Positions 12,733 through 21,859 of a DNA stretch of 64,000 nt are shown piece by piece (positions within the stretch are counted from its first letter, which is position 1; each line of letters opens with the position of its first letter). The translations under genes were made by a program, and so were the position numbers. The notes beneath the pieces are model-generated. The model was not told where the DNA came from and ran no database searches. It saw nothing but the letters and a program-made list of their open reading frames with translations. Source of the stretch: Halocafeteria seosinensis. Lineage: Eukaryota. Location of the stretch: positions 1 through 64,000 of the forward strand of contig LVLI01000198.1 in NCBI GenBank assembly GCA_001687465.1, read 5' to 3'.

Positions 12733-14207
12733 TTAAATGATGTGCACCACGCATACATCACTTGGAATACATGCGCCGTTGCGGTCCATCACCGTAGCCG
12801 CTTCCTGCATGGGAACCATGGGCGACGTTTCCGCGAATGTCGTCACATACCGTGTCCACGGGACAGGAGATTGTTCCGTCTGGTAGCATTCGTCGCTCAT
12901 ACGTTCCCACTGCGATTGATGATACGCCACGTTGCCCATCGTCGGCCATCGTTCCTCTTGGTACGGAATGGGCGGACGACGATACGCCGAGAGGCGTCTT
13001 CGTCGGACGGACAAACCCGGAGCGTCGCAGTATCGTCGTCGTGCCGGAGTCCCGCTGGTCTATCGCGTGCGGACGAAGCCAGCCACTTTCCGTTTCAGGA
13101 CAATTATCGAAAACTGACGCGACATAACACGCGAAGCGTCAGCAAACATGTCCCATTTCCGCATTCGTTGCATCGATCGTACATTTCCTCGGACGTCTTC
13201 TTTTCGCGGTCGATCAATTGGCGGTTTCACGTGTACCGCAGCGCACGGTGGAAACGGCACCATGCCCAGTTCGCCGGGCACGAACATGCGGAACCAGCCC
13301 CCCGACGAAAAAGCCCTCGCAAACGGAGGCGCGTTTCATTGCCGTAAGCCGAGTACTATACGTATCCTCTTGTGGAGGAAGAAAGACGGACCGCTTACTC
13401 GCACGGCACGATGCGCCTCTCCGTCCGGTTGTACAGTCGCCGTCTCAGGCGTTTTAGACGGCAAGAAAACAGGAAAACTCCGGAAAGGAGGACGGAGAGG
13501 GCGCTGCACATGAAACCGAGCAACTGCTGGCTTAGCGGTAAAATTCGGCCCTGCAGTGTGGCGTACAAAGTCCATCCCCACAGACAAGAGGCAACGAGAA
13601 ATATGTCCGCTGCCCATAAAAAAAGCATCGCCATCAAATGGCTGTGCGGTAGTGTTGTTCCCCACGTGCACGTAGCGTAAAGATAAAAAATTGATGAGGC
13701 AGGTGTACGGAAGCCGAAAGGTTCTTTGCTCCATAAAGTGTAGACAAGGTACACGTTTTCCCAAAACACGACCACAGAACTAGCCAGAATCCATGCAAAA
13801 AGCGATTGTTTCATTGTTTCTTCGAGATCTTGCGTGGGGGGTGCCAGACGGGTGTACAACCGCAATCCCATAGCTCCGGCGTATATGATGGTAGGCGAGA
13901 AAACAACACCTCCCGCAGCTATTCCCCACAAAAGTCCCGCTGAAACGCACAACACTGCGTAGACCGCCAAGAGAAGCCACTGAAAAGGCTTGGCGATGAT
14001 GTTCGCACACGTCTTTAGAAACGACGACGAGCCCCGCGATGATTGCAGCCCCACGAGAGAAAGGGGCTCTTTTTGGGCCAAGTCGGTCAGATGGGCAAAA
14101 AATCGCCGGTAGGTCTCTCCATGGAACGGATTCGGAGGAGGCTCTCGGGCCACGTAAAGACCGTTGTCTGAGGTTACAGGGACGATTCCCACTGTCCCTC
14201 CGTCCAT
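12733..14207 (-). CDS. Element gene B: orphan multi-pass membrane protein; main exon 14207-13399, possible further exons 13355-13247, 13199-13119, 13059-12733
   Basis: ~270-aa exon with about 5-6 hydrophobic segments (e.g. WLLLAVYAVLCVSAGLLWGIAAGGVVF, LFAWILASSVVVFW). A GTAAGC donor overlaps the apparent stop. Three phase-consistent introns of 43, 47 and 59 nt reach the ORF ending at 12733. Confidence 0.5.
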
Positions 14208-14369
14208 AATGAGGAAGTCACCGAGTGGATTCGCAAACAAACGTGCTGTTTTTCTTCTGTGGAACAAAAGTGAGCGTGTCGTCAAAAGGCAGGAAGAAAG
14301 ACGAGATAAAGCAGTGGAAGACCACGCTCTCGCGAACTGGTACAGCCTGGAAATCCCTTTCTCCCCGAA

Positions 14370-15017
14370 ATGAGCGACCGTTTCATCCCCCAGGCGGCGT
14401 CCACGGCGATTGAGCTCATGGAATCGCTTCGCTCGCGCTACAAGCCGCCCAAGACAGGCAAGGCCAAGAAAACGGTGCGGGAGCGTCTGCGGGCCCAGCA
14501 GCCGAACAACGACCACGACAAGATGGAGACGGCGTTGGCCGAACTGCGGCAGTTGCGCGACAGCACTCATTACCGGTACTTTTCCAATCTGGAGTGGCAG
14601 CGCCGCATGACCATTGGCACTAAACGCGGCAAACACGATCGGCGGATGCGTCGATCGTTTGGTATCACGGACGAAGAGTTTGAGACGTACGTCAAAGAAT
14701 TTCAGACCCTCTTGCGCAAGCATTCGGTCACACCCCCTGACGCTGTCTCGCTACCGTCGTCCGCCCAGGGCGCTGACGAGACAGCGTTGCAGCACCCGTC
14801 GGACATCTCGCTGCAGTCGTTCCGGGACGTCCTGTGCGAAGACGGATTGTCCGGGGGAGCAGCGGGAAGCGAAAGATCAAATTGCTCGCGTCCGTCAACG
14901 GCGGCAACGAAATCTCCATTTCGTATCCCGCGATGCAACTTCCTTCAAAACTCCCCCTGTCGGTCGGCTATAACATCGTGGCCATGTCCCTGTACAACCA
15001 TATCAGCTGCCAGCTGA
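14370..15017 (+). CDS. Element orphan ORF, basic/helical N-terminus (possibly the first exon of gene A)
   Basis: 215-aa ORF with GC-rich codons and a K/R-rich N-terminal half (RYKPPKTGKAKKTVRERLR). Its tail overlaps the next ORF in another frame. Confidence 0.5.
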   Translation: MSDRFIPQAASTAIELMESLRSRYKPPKTGKAKKTVRERLRAQQPNNDHDKMETALAELRQLRDSTHYRYFSNLEWQRRMTIGTKRGKHDRRMRRSFGITDEEFETYVKEFQTLLRKHSVTPPDAVSLPSSAQGADETALQHPSDISLQSFRDVLCEDGLSGGAAGSERSNCSRPSTAATKSPFRIPRCNFLQNSPCRSAITSWPCPCTTISAAS

Positions 15018-16320
15018 ACGGTACCAGTTACGCCTACGATTTCCCATCCGCGCAGGTTTCGACGTCGGGCCCATCGAGCATTTCGTACAAAATGGCGCCC
15101 CACATGAATGCCCCCGATGATGATGATGATGATAACGTGTCCCCGGACACGCTGACATTGAAAGGAATGGCGCCCCATGCGTCGTTGTCGGACAGCGCGT
15201 CGATCATCCTCCCGGGCCACAGCTCCGGAACGCAGTTCGAAGCAACGCTGGAGAAAAGTTTCAAAACATTTCCCATCGTCACAGTGGACGGGTTGATGTT
15301 GGACGACCCACGCGTGTACCCACCCTCCGGCTTGTCAAACAAGGGGCAATACTGCTTCTTCTCGGCACAGTCGAGCGATGGAACCTCGGTCTTTTCGATC
15401 TATTACGACGCCGCCAAGAAGAGCTTCATCCTGCAAGCCAACGGAACGGCAAAGCAGCTCAAAGAGCACATCTTTACAGAACTGATGGTGGGGGCGCCCT
15501 CGGCGTTCAACGTGGAGTGGGAATCCCAGCAAGGCGGGTCTCTCTTCCACGTCAAGACGCACCGCGGAGGACCATCGCAGCGATTGACGTTCCCGAACGT
15601 GGCCGCGCCGTCCGCGCCCATCCAGCGCCTCGTTCTGGGGAATGGAGCGAACGCGAAGCACGCTGGACTCGGAATGCGCGTGTTCGGGCGATTCGGCGTG
15701 GCGTTTCCCGGCCAAGCGTTTTACATGTTTTTGCCGAAAACCATCCGGAACAACCGCCACCACAAATCGTTCACGACCAACAACATGTACAAGTGGAACA
15801 AAGGAGAGCTTCACATGTCATCACCCGCCGCGACGCTCCAGTACACCATTGTGCGCTCTGTGTCGTCCAAGGGGGGAGAAGGAGGCGGGGGTGCGTCGCA
15901 GCAGTTCCCGCGCGGAATGCACGGGATTACCCGACCGTCTGCGCGGGCGATGCTGACGGACCCGTCCGGGTCGTCGTCGTCGAGCCACCCCCAAAAACCG
16001 CCGTCGTCGCCCCGGGTGCCGTCGATCGCGATCCCCCAAAAGTGTATGGTTTTTTCTCGGAGAAATTGATCGGCCACAAGCCATGGGTCTCGTTTCCGTT
16101 GCAGATCCGTGCCAACAAAGCGGCGACGTCGGACGTATCGATGCGCTGCCTGGACCGGTGCGACGTTTGTGAAGATTGTCGGACTCGTTCGTTTTGTGTT
16201 TAGCGTGCACGATTCGCGTTGGATTGTACCAAAGCACTCCAAAGAAAAAGTCTCGGCGCGCAAGGGAAGGCTGAGTGTGATACAAATATTGAAGGCGGCG
16301 GTGCGTTCCAATGGATACGG
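14834..16320 (+). CDS. Element gene A, 5'/central portion: orphan, apparently beta-rich protein; predicted exons ~14834-16043, 16105-16157, 16204-16320
   Basis: 411-aa ORF. Introns GTATGG...TTGCAG (61 nt) and GTGCGA...TTTAG (46 nt) carry the frame to the right repeat (...FQWIR-LDY). The start is uncertain. Confidence 0.5.
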
Positions 16321-16330
16321 CTAGATTACG
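16321..16330 (+). repeat. Right direct repeat CTAGATTACG
   Basis: Exact match to 11893-11902. Confidence 0.75.
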
Positions 16331-18375
16331 TTTATAGGTTGCTGGCCGAATGCGGTGTGGGCCCGGTGGATGAGAAACACATGCCCGTGCTGCATTACAC
16401 TCTGAAAAATGTACGTGCTCAGAGCCAGGACATCCTCGAAAAGTTATCGAATGCTGCAAAGAACAGAATCAGAGGAATTGCTACCAAAGGGACTTCAAAG
16501 AAACTAGCAGCAGCCGATTTCGACAGCATCTTGGAAGATTTGATTCCGAAAGCACCGGATGCATTTAACTTTGGATTGGATTTACAAGCCCTCGTATCAA
16601 ATGTTCAAGATTCCTTATTGCGTCGAAGTTGGTATTACCCGTCGGCTACGGAGAGAATCTGGCAAAACACCCGTTTCAAAACGGACTCTGCTCCGGATTT
16701 GACCAAGCGATGTTCGGGTTTCGGAAAAGGCGAATATGTTTACATCCCGTTCCTTTTCGAGGGAGATAGCTCCGGTATTCTTCCCCGCGCATTCTTGAAT
16801 AAAATGGCGTTTCCTTGGTTTAAGTCTTTCTGTGGGGAGATGAGGTCGATTGCCTCAGTAATTAGGAAGGATCTGACCGGAGGTAAACTTCCTGCCGAGG
16901 AAGTGCCCGCTGGGATATCGCGCAAGGAGTCAACAGCTTCTCAGGACACAAGGGCGACTGAAGAGCGAGCACCTAACTGCAAGGGAGCAGTGTACACCGG
17001 AATTCCGATTGAAGAGCTGATAAATGCTGATCCGCAAAACTTTGGAGTCGCCTTTTGTACCATAGACGGACAGCAACACAGCTTTGGTGAATCTCGAATG
17101 GATTTCCCCCTTATGTCTGCTGTACAACCACTTCTTTACAGTCTGGCTCTGAAGGAAGTCGGAGTCAAGGAGACTCAGGCATGGACCGGGACAGAGCCCA
17201 CTAGTACAGATCCGTCATCGTTCTCATTGCGTGAGAACGTCCCTGAGCCACAGTGCTCCGATAAAGGAGTAGAACAACCTTCGCGGATTCCATTCAACCC
17301 GTTTATGGACACAGGGGCCTTGCAAACGTGTGCTCTGATTGGGGGAGCCCAACGGAGCAAGCAGTTTCCTGATGCTGGAAGTCGATTCCTGCATTTGATA
17401 AAGCACATTGGTGCTCTTTGTGGAAACCGACGCGTAGGCTACAACAATAGCGTGTTTTTAGCCCAAAAAGAGAAACGGCTCCAGACGCTGGCGGTCTCAC
17501 ATTTTATGAAAGGCATGGGTGCTTATCCGCGTGACACAGATCCGACGGACAACGCCCATCTACTATTTCAAGCACAAAGCGTCGAACTGAACTGCGAAAA
17601 ACTTTCGATAATCGCCGCTTCCCTGGCGAACTTGGGAGTGTGTCCCACAACAGGCCAACAAGTTCTTGGCAATGAAGAACTGATAAGCCTCTTTTCATTG
17701 ATGTATAACTGTGGCCTTAACCAGTACACTGGCACTTGGACTTTCAACGTCGGTTTACCAGCTACCACTGGTGTTTCTGGTGCATGCATGGTGATAATCC
17801 CCAACATAATGGGCATTGCGATCTACTCTCCGGTACTCAACGAATGGGAAATACCTCCTGCGGCCTTGAAGTTTTGCGAGAGTTTAACGAGCAGGTATAG
17901 GATTAACATTTTTGATCAGTTAGTTTACCGTAATGAGGAGTTAGACATTCGCTCAGTCGAGGAGGAGCATAACGAAGACTTTTCATCTCTGTCAGAGACC
18001 CAGAAGTCTACTCTATTGTTTTTTGAATTGTGTACTTCGGCGAATTCTGGTTCGATAGAAAAAGTGAGACAAGCAATGGAAGCGGGCGTGGACATTAATA
18101 GATGGGACTATGACCGTCGGACAGCGTTACACATTGCAGCTTGCAGTAGCCATGTGGAGATTTCTCAATTGCTAATCAGAGAAGGTGCAAATATCTTGAC
18201 TCGAGATCGGTGGGGAAGCACTCCATTCGATGAAGCTATGCAACATGGTTCAACAGAGTTGATCGAACTTTTTGAGCAGGAGATGGTGCGCCAGAATATC
18301 TCCTCCAAAGGCAGCTTGGCTAGGGGTTTAGCAGGCTCAGGTTCCGCTGACAGGACTGGGGTGTATGGCCGATGA
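16321..18375 (+). CDS. GLS: Two-domain glutaminase-like gene, 3' half (degenerate glutaminase domain 2 plus ankyrin repeats)
   Basis: Motifs FGVAFCTIDGQ, GTEPT, PFNPFMDTGAL, GLPATTGVSG and IPNIMGIAIYSP. Ankyrin motifs DYDRRTALHIAAC and DRWGSTPFDEA as in kidney-type GLS. The ORF-track start at 16219 is a TTG, not an ATG. Confidence 0.8.
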   Translation, partial: LDYVYRLLAECGVGPVDEKHMPVLHYTLKNVRAQSQDILEKLSNAAKNRIRGIATKGTSKKLAAADFDSILEDLIPKAPDAFNFGLDLQALVSNVQDSLLRRSWYYPSATERIWQNTRFKTDSAPDLTKRCSGFGKGEYVYIPFLFEGDSSGILPRAFLNKMAFPWFKSFCGEMRSIASVIRKDLTGGKLPAEEVPAGISRKESTASQDTRATEERAPNCKGAVYTGIPIEELINADPQNFGVAFCTIDGQQHSFGESRMDFPLMSAVQPLLYSLALKEVGVKETQAWTGTEPTSTDPSSFSLRENVPEPQCSDKGVEQPSRIPFNPFMDTGALQTCALIGGAQRSKQFPDAGSRFLHLIKHIGALCGNRRVGYNNSVFLAQKEKRLQTLAVSHFMKGMGAYPRDTDPTDNAHLLFQAQSVELNCEKLSIIAASLANLGVCPTTGQQVLGNEELISLFSLMYNCGLNQYTGTWTFNVGLPATTGVSGACMVIIPNIMGIAIYSPVLNEWEIPPAALKFCESLTSRYRINIFDQLVYRNEELDIRSVEEEHNEDFSSLSETQKSTLLFFELCTSANSGSIEKVRQAMEAGVDINRWDYDRRTALHIAACSSHVEISQLLIREGANILTRDRWGSTPFDEAMQHGSTELIELFEQEMVRQNISSKGSLARGLAGSGSADRTGVYGR

Positions 18376-18871
18376 TTCGGTGTCAGTGTGGTCGCAAGTT
18401 CCTTTAGGGCGAGGACACCATTTACCGATAACTCTCCGCCAGTAGTTGCTCACGGTAACAGACAGCGAACGCGCGGTGCGTCTCCGCAACATCCGGCACA
18501 TTGAAACTGGGTCGTGTTGGGGAGACCTAGGCGTAGGCGCAGTGCTACCATGTATGTACGCGGCGTCGGTTAGTGTAAATCGTTTCCTTGGTGCTGTTGG
18601 TGGTGTGTACGAACTCTCCCCTTGCACAACAAAAACGGAAGCGTCTCGTCCTGTGCTATGGAAAAACACACGAAGGCGAGAGATGTCAACTGAGATGGTA
18701 GACTTGATATTCCCTTTCTGTGCGTGCCTTAACTGAACGCTATGCTGACAACTTATCTATGTAATTGACCAGTATTGAATCACACGACGTATACTACCAC
18801 TACTACCCTCACGCCACGCGGAGCGCAATCTTCCTGACTGCTGACTGACACCGACACGAAATCTGTGGGTT

Positions 18872-18923
18872 CACAGACAGAGACAGACAGACAGACAGAC
18901 ACACACACACACACACACACACA
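18872..18923. repeat. (CAGA)n(CA)n microsatellite
   Basis: Directly visible tandem repeat. Confidence 0.95.
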
Positions 18924-19090
18924 TGGAAAGCCTAACCTACTGACATTAGTAGTAGATTTGATAATGCTACCCTGATTGTGTAGATCATCTATCTATCCGT
19001 TGTTGTTGTATGCGCCTACTCACTTTCCCAACGTCCGAAAGATCTTCCGCCATCTACAGTATATTCGCGTTGGAACTTTTACTCTCTACA

Positions 19091-21847
19091 ATGTCATACC
19101 GACGACGGTCAGGCGAAGTCTCCGAGCCCTCTTCATGGCTGTCCAAAGCTGCTGTGCTCTCTGGGAGCTCGGTGGTGGCTGCTATCGTGTATTATTACGG
19201 TCGGAAAGCGGCTCTGAAGTGGGCTCTGGAGGCTGTCGATACTCAAGACAAGCCTAATCCTCTTGCCGTATTGGTGCTCAAGTACCTCTCGCCGCGGGAC
19301 CCTAAGCTGTACGATATGCAGGAGTATCTCCCTCGTCTGCCATTGCCGTCGGTGGAAGAATCAATGAGGAAATACCTGGAGAGTATCCGGCCGCTTGCTT
19401 CGGAAGACCAATTCCGCCACACCAAACAGCTCGTAAATGAATTTGTGGGCTCCAAGGAAGCCCAGGAGCTTCAGGCAATCCTCCAAGAGAAGCACCGAAC
19501 CGAACCCAACTGGGTAGCGGAGTGGTGGATGCGCTTTGCGTACTTGCAGGGCAGAGATCCGCTCCCGATTAATGTCAGCTTTGCTGGATTCGATACCGTA
19601 TTCCAGCCGCCACCCACCAAGAACCAGGTAAGCTACGTGTCGATGCAGTTTAGCTTCCTCCTTCACTCAATTACCAACCGACGACTACGCGTGGTGCCAC
19701 GTTTGCAGGCCCTTCGAGCAACTGGGCTGATTGTCGGGACCATGGACTTTTATCGACGAGTTGTCATTGACAAAGATATACCGTGTTTGCGCATGAGTAC
19801 GTGGAAGGATATTCCTCAGCCACAAAGGCCGCCGGTGATTATTCATCTTCATATACTGCTTGTAATTGTCGTTGAATTTGCAGATGGATTCGTACCAGTT
19901 GATATGGATGGATATAGATCGCTCTTTGGAACAAGTCGCTTGCCTGGTACAACCTGTGACTCCATCCAAACGTTTTTGCCCAAGAAGGGAGAAGCGGCGC
20001 ACATTGTTGTAATCTACGGTTCAGCCATGTACCAAGTGCAAGTCCAAGACGAAGGTGGGGTCAAATTTATCATATTGACGTTTCTCCTTCGCTGTGCGTT
20101 CTTCATCGCCTGTAAATGCAATCCAGACGGTCACTTTACGCCGTTCGACGAGATGTACAGCACCATTTCGGAAATCATGAATCAAGTAGAAAACACTGGG
20201 CTATGGGTCGACCCTTCGGTTCCAACTCTAACCACGGGTATGTTTTGTCCTCTTTCCACGAGCGACCACTATCGGGTACGGACGTTTTTTCGCAGAAAAC
20301 CGCACTACATGGGCAAATGCCCGGGAAATCCTTGCCATGCGGCCTCAAAATTCACAAAATTTGGATGTCATCAATAAGGCGTTGTTCGTGGTATCTCTTC
20401 ATGAGGAAGAAGCACCAGAAGATCTTGACTGGATAGGAAGGTAAGAATGCAGTCAAGCTTTCCAGTGGAATGCTTAATTTGTACAAGCAACCATCTGCGC
20501 TCATGCAACAGTAAAATGTGGAGAGGCGACGGCAAGAGGATTTGGTATGATAAAAGTATAAATCTATTATGCTTTGCAAACGGTCGCTCCACCCAAGTAA
20601 TTGAACACTCCTTCGCGGATGCTCCCATCGCGAGTCATCTGATTGAGGGGCTCTATCTTCACGAACAGAAGAAACTTCTCGAGGTGTATAAAAAGTGGGA
20701 ACATAGTAACGGGCGCCCGGCACCGCCAAGCACTCCGTATTACCGTTTACGATGGCATTGGAGTCAGACACTGGACAGCTTCGTGAATACTGCTCTCAAG
20801 AGTTACTACCAGTTAACCTCCCGAGTAGCTTCAAGGTGTGTTCAGTGATAAATGAAAGGTGGGATTCCAACGGGCTGTCATGTTTTAGCGGTTAATTCAG
20901 GTCTTACATAAATGATGCCTACGGAAAAGAAGATATCAAGTCTTACGGCCATGTACGTCAGTTGGTGGGGAAATACGTTTTCCACAACCCTACAAAGGGC
21001 GGTATGTTGTTTACGACGAAATGCAGCCTCCCGATGCGTTCATCCAAGCAGTCCTCCAATTGACATCTCTCCGCTTCCATGGACAAGCTGTACTTACCTA
21101 TGAGTCAGGTAAGAGGGCAGCATTGCTGTCCCGATGTGAGTAGATACACCTACATTTTGTGGTGCGCAGCGTCCACACGTGCCTTTTACTTAGGCAGAAC
21201 GGAAACCATACGGTCGGCAACCAATGAAGCCACTGAATTTGCAAGATCAATGCTTGACAGCTCACTTTCGCAAGTACGTATGCTGCCGGAAACGGACAAG
21301 ATACCCAGTACGTAACATGGAACTCCCTACAGCAAAAACGCCGTGAGCTTCTTGCTAAAGCTACGAAGAAGCATCGCCAAATCACTATGGAGGCCATGAA
21401 GGGGCGAGGTGTAGACAGACACTTGATGGGCCTCAAGCTGGCCGCGGTTACATCCGGACGGGATATTCCAAAAGTGTTCGAGGATCCAGCCTACACGCAG
21501 CCCTACCGTTTGAGCACCAGCCAGACTCCCTTGATTCAAGAAAACCTGGAGTGGCTAAACACCCCAGAACTGGTTAGTACTGTTTATAGCTGCATTTCAC
21601 ATTTGCCACTGAAAACCTTTGCATTTTGGCCGTGCAGTGCGGGGCGGGTGGTGTTTTTGGCCCAACGGCGGACCCCGGAATAGGCTGCAGCTACCACGTA
21701 ATGAAGGACCGGCTATACTTCCATATGAGCGCACGAAGCTCGGCGCCTGAGAAAGACGCACAACAGTTCAGAGAGTCTTTAATGGAATCACTTCGCGACG
21801 TAGCTTCCCTCTTCAAAGAAAGTGTAGCAACAGGAACGAAGTTGTAA
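19091..21847 (+). CDS. Carnitine O-acyltransferase (CPT1-like), multi-exon
   Basis: Motifs LPRLPLPSVEESMRKYLESIRPL, NWVAEWW, WYDKS, catalytic EHSFADAP, GRTETIRS, GRGVDRHL and LSTSQTP. N-terminal hydrophobic segment. The first five introns were checked for phase. Confidence 0.9.
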
Positions 21848-21859
21848 GGAGGAATTGTC

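Larger units (their letters stand above)
11893..16330. mobile_element. 4,428-bp foreign-composition insertion flanked by 10-bp direct repeats; putative integrated circular element of unknown type
   Basis: Three of four sampled 60-nt lines are 58-68% GC (one 43%) versus ~45-47% in flanking exons, and CpG-rich. Carries orphan genes on both strands between the two glutaminase halves. CTAGATTACG occurs at both ends. No TIR, LTR or poly(A) seen. Confidence 0.7.

Noticed and set aside
14208..14723. N-terminal extension of the 442-aa minus ORF, and other long overlapping ORFs such as 15517-16203
   Set aside because: These are antisense or alternate-frame shadows of GC-rich coding sequence.
11830..16203. 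Whole insert removed as one giant spliceosomal intron ending at TTTAG 16203
   Set aside because: No strong phase-0 donor exists near the left edge. The acceptor is better explained by the 46-nt intron 16158-16203, but this is not fully excluded.
11903..16320. Insert as a DNA transposon, retroelement, Polinton/virophage, group I/II intron or intein
   Set aside because: No terminal inverted or long direct repeats, and no DDE, RT, integrase, polB, packaging ATPase, homing-endonuclease or intein motifs were recognised.
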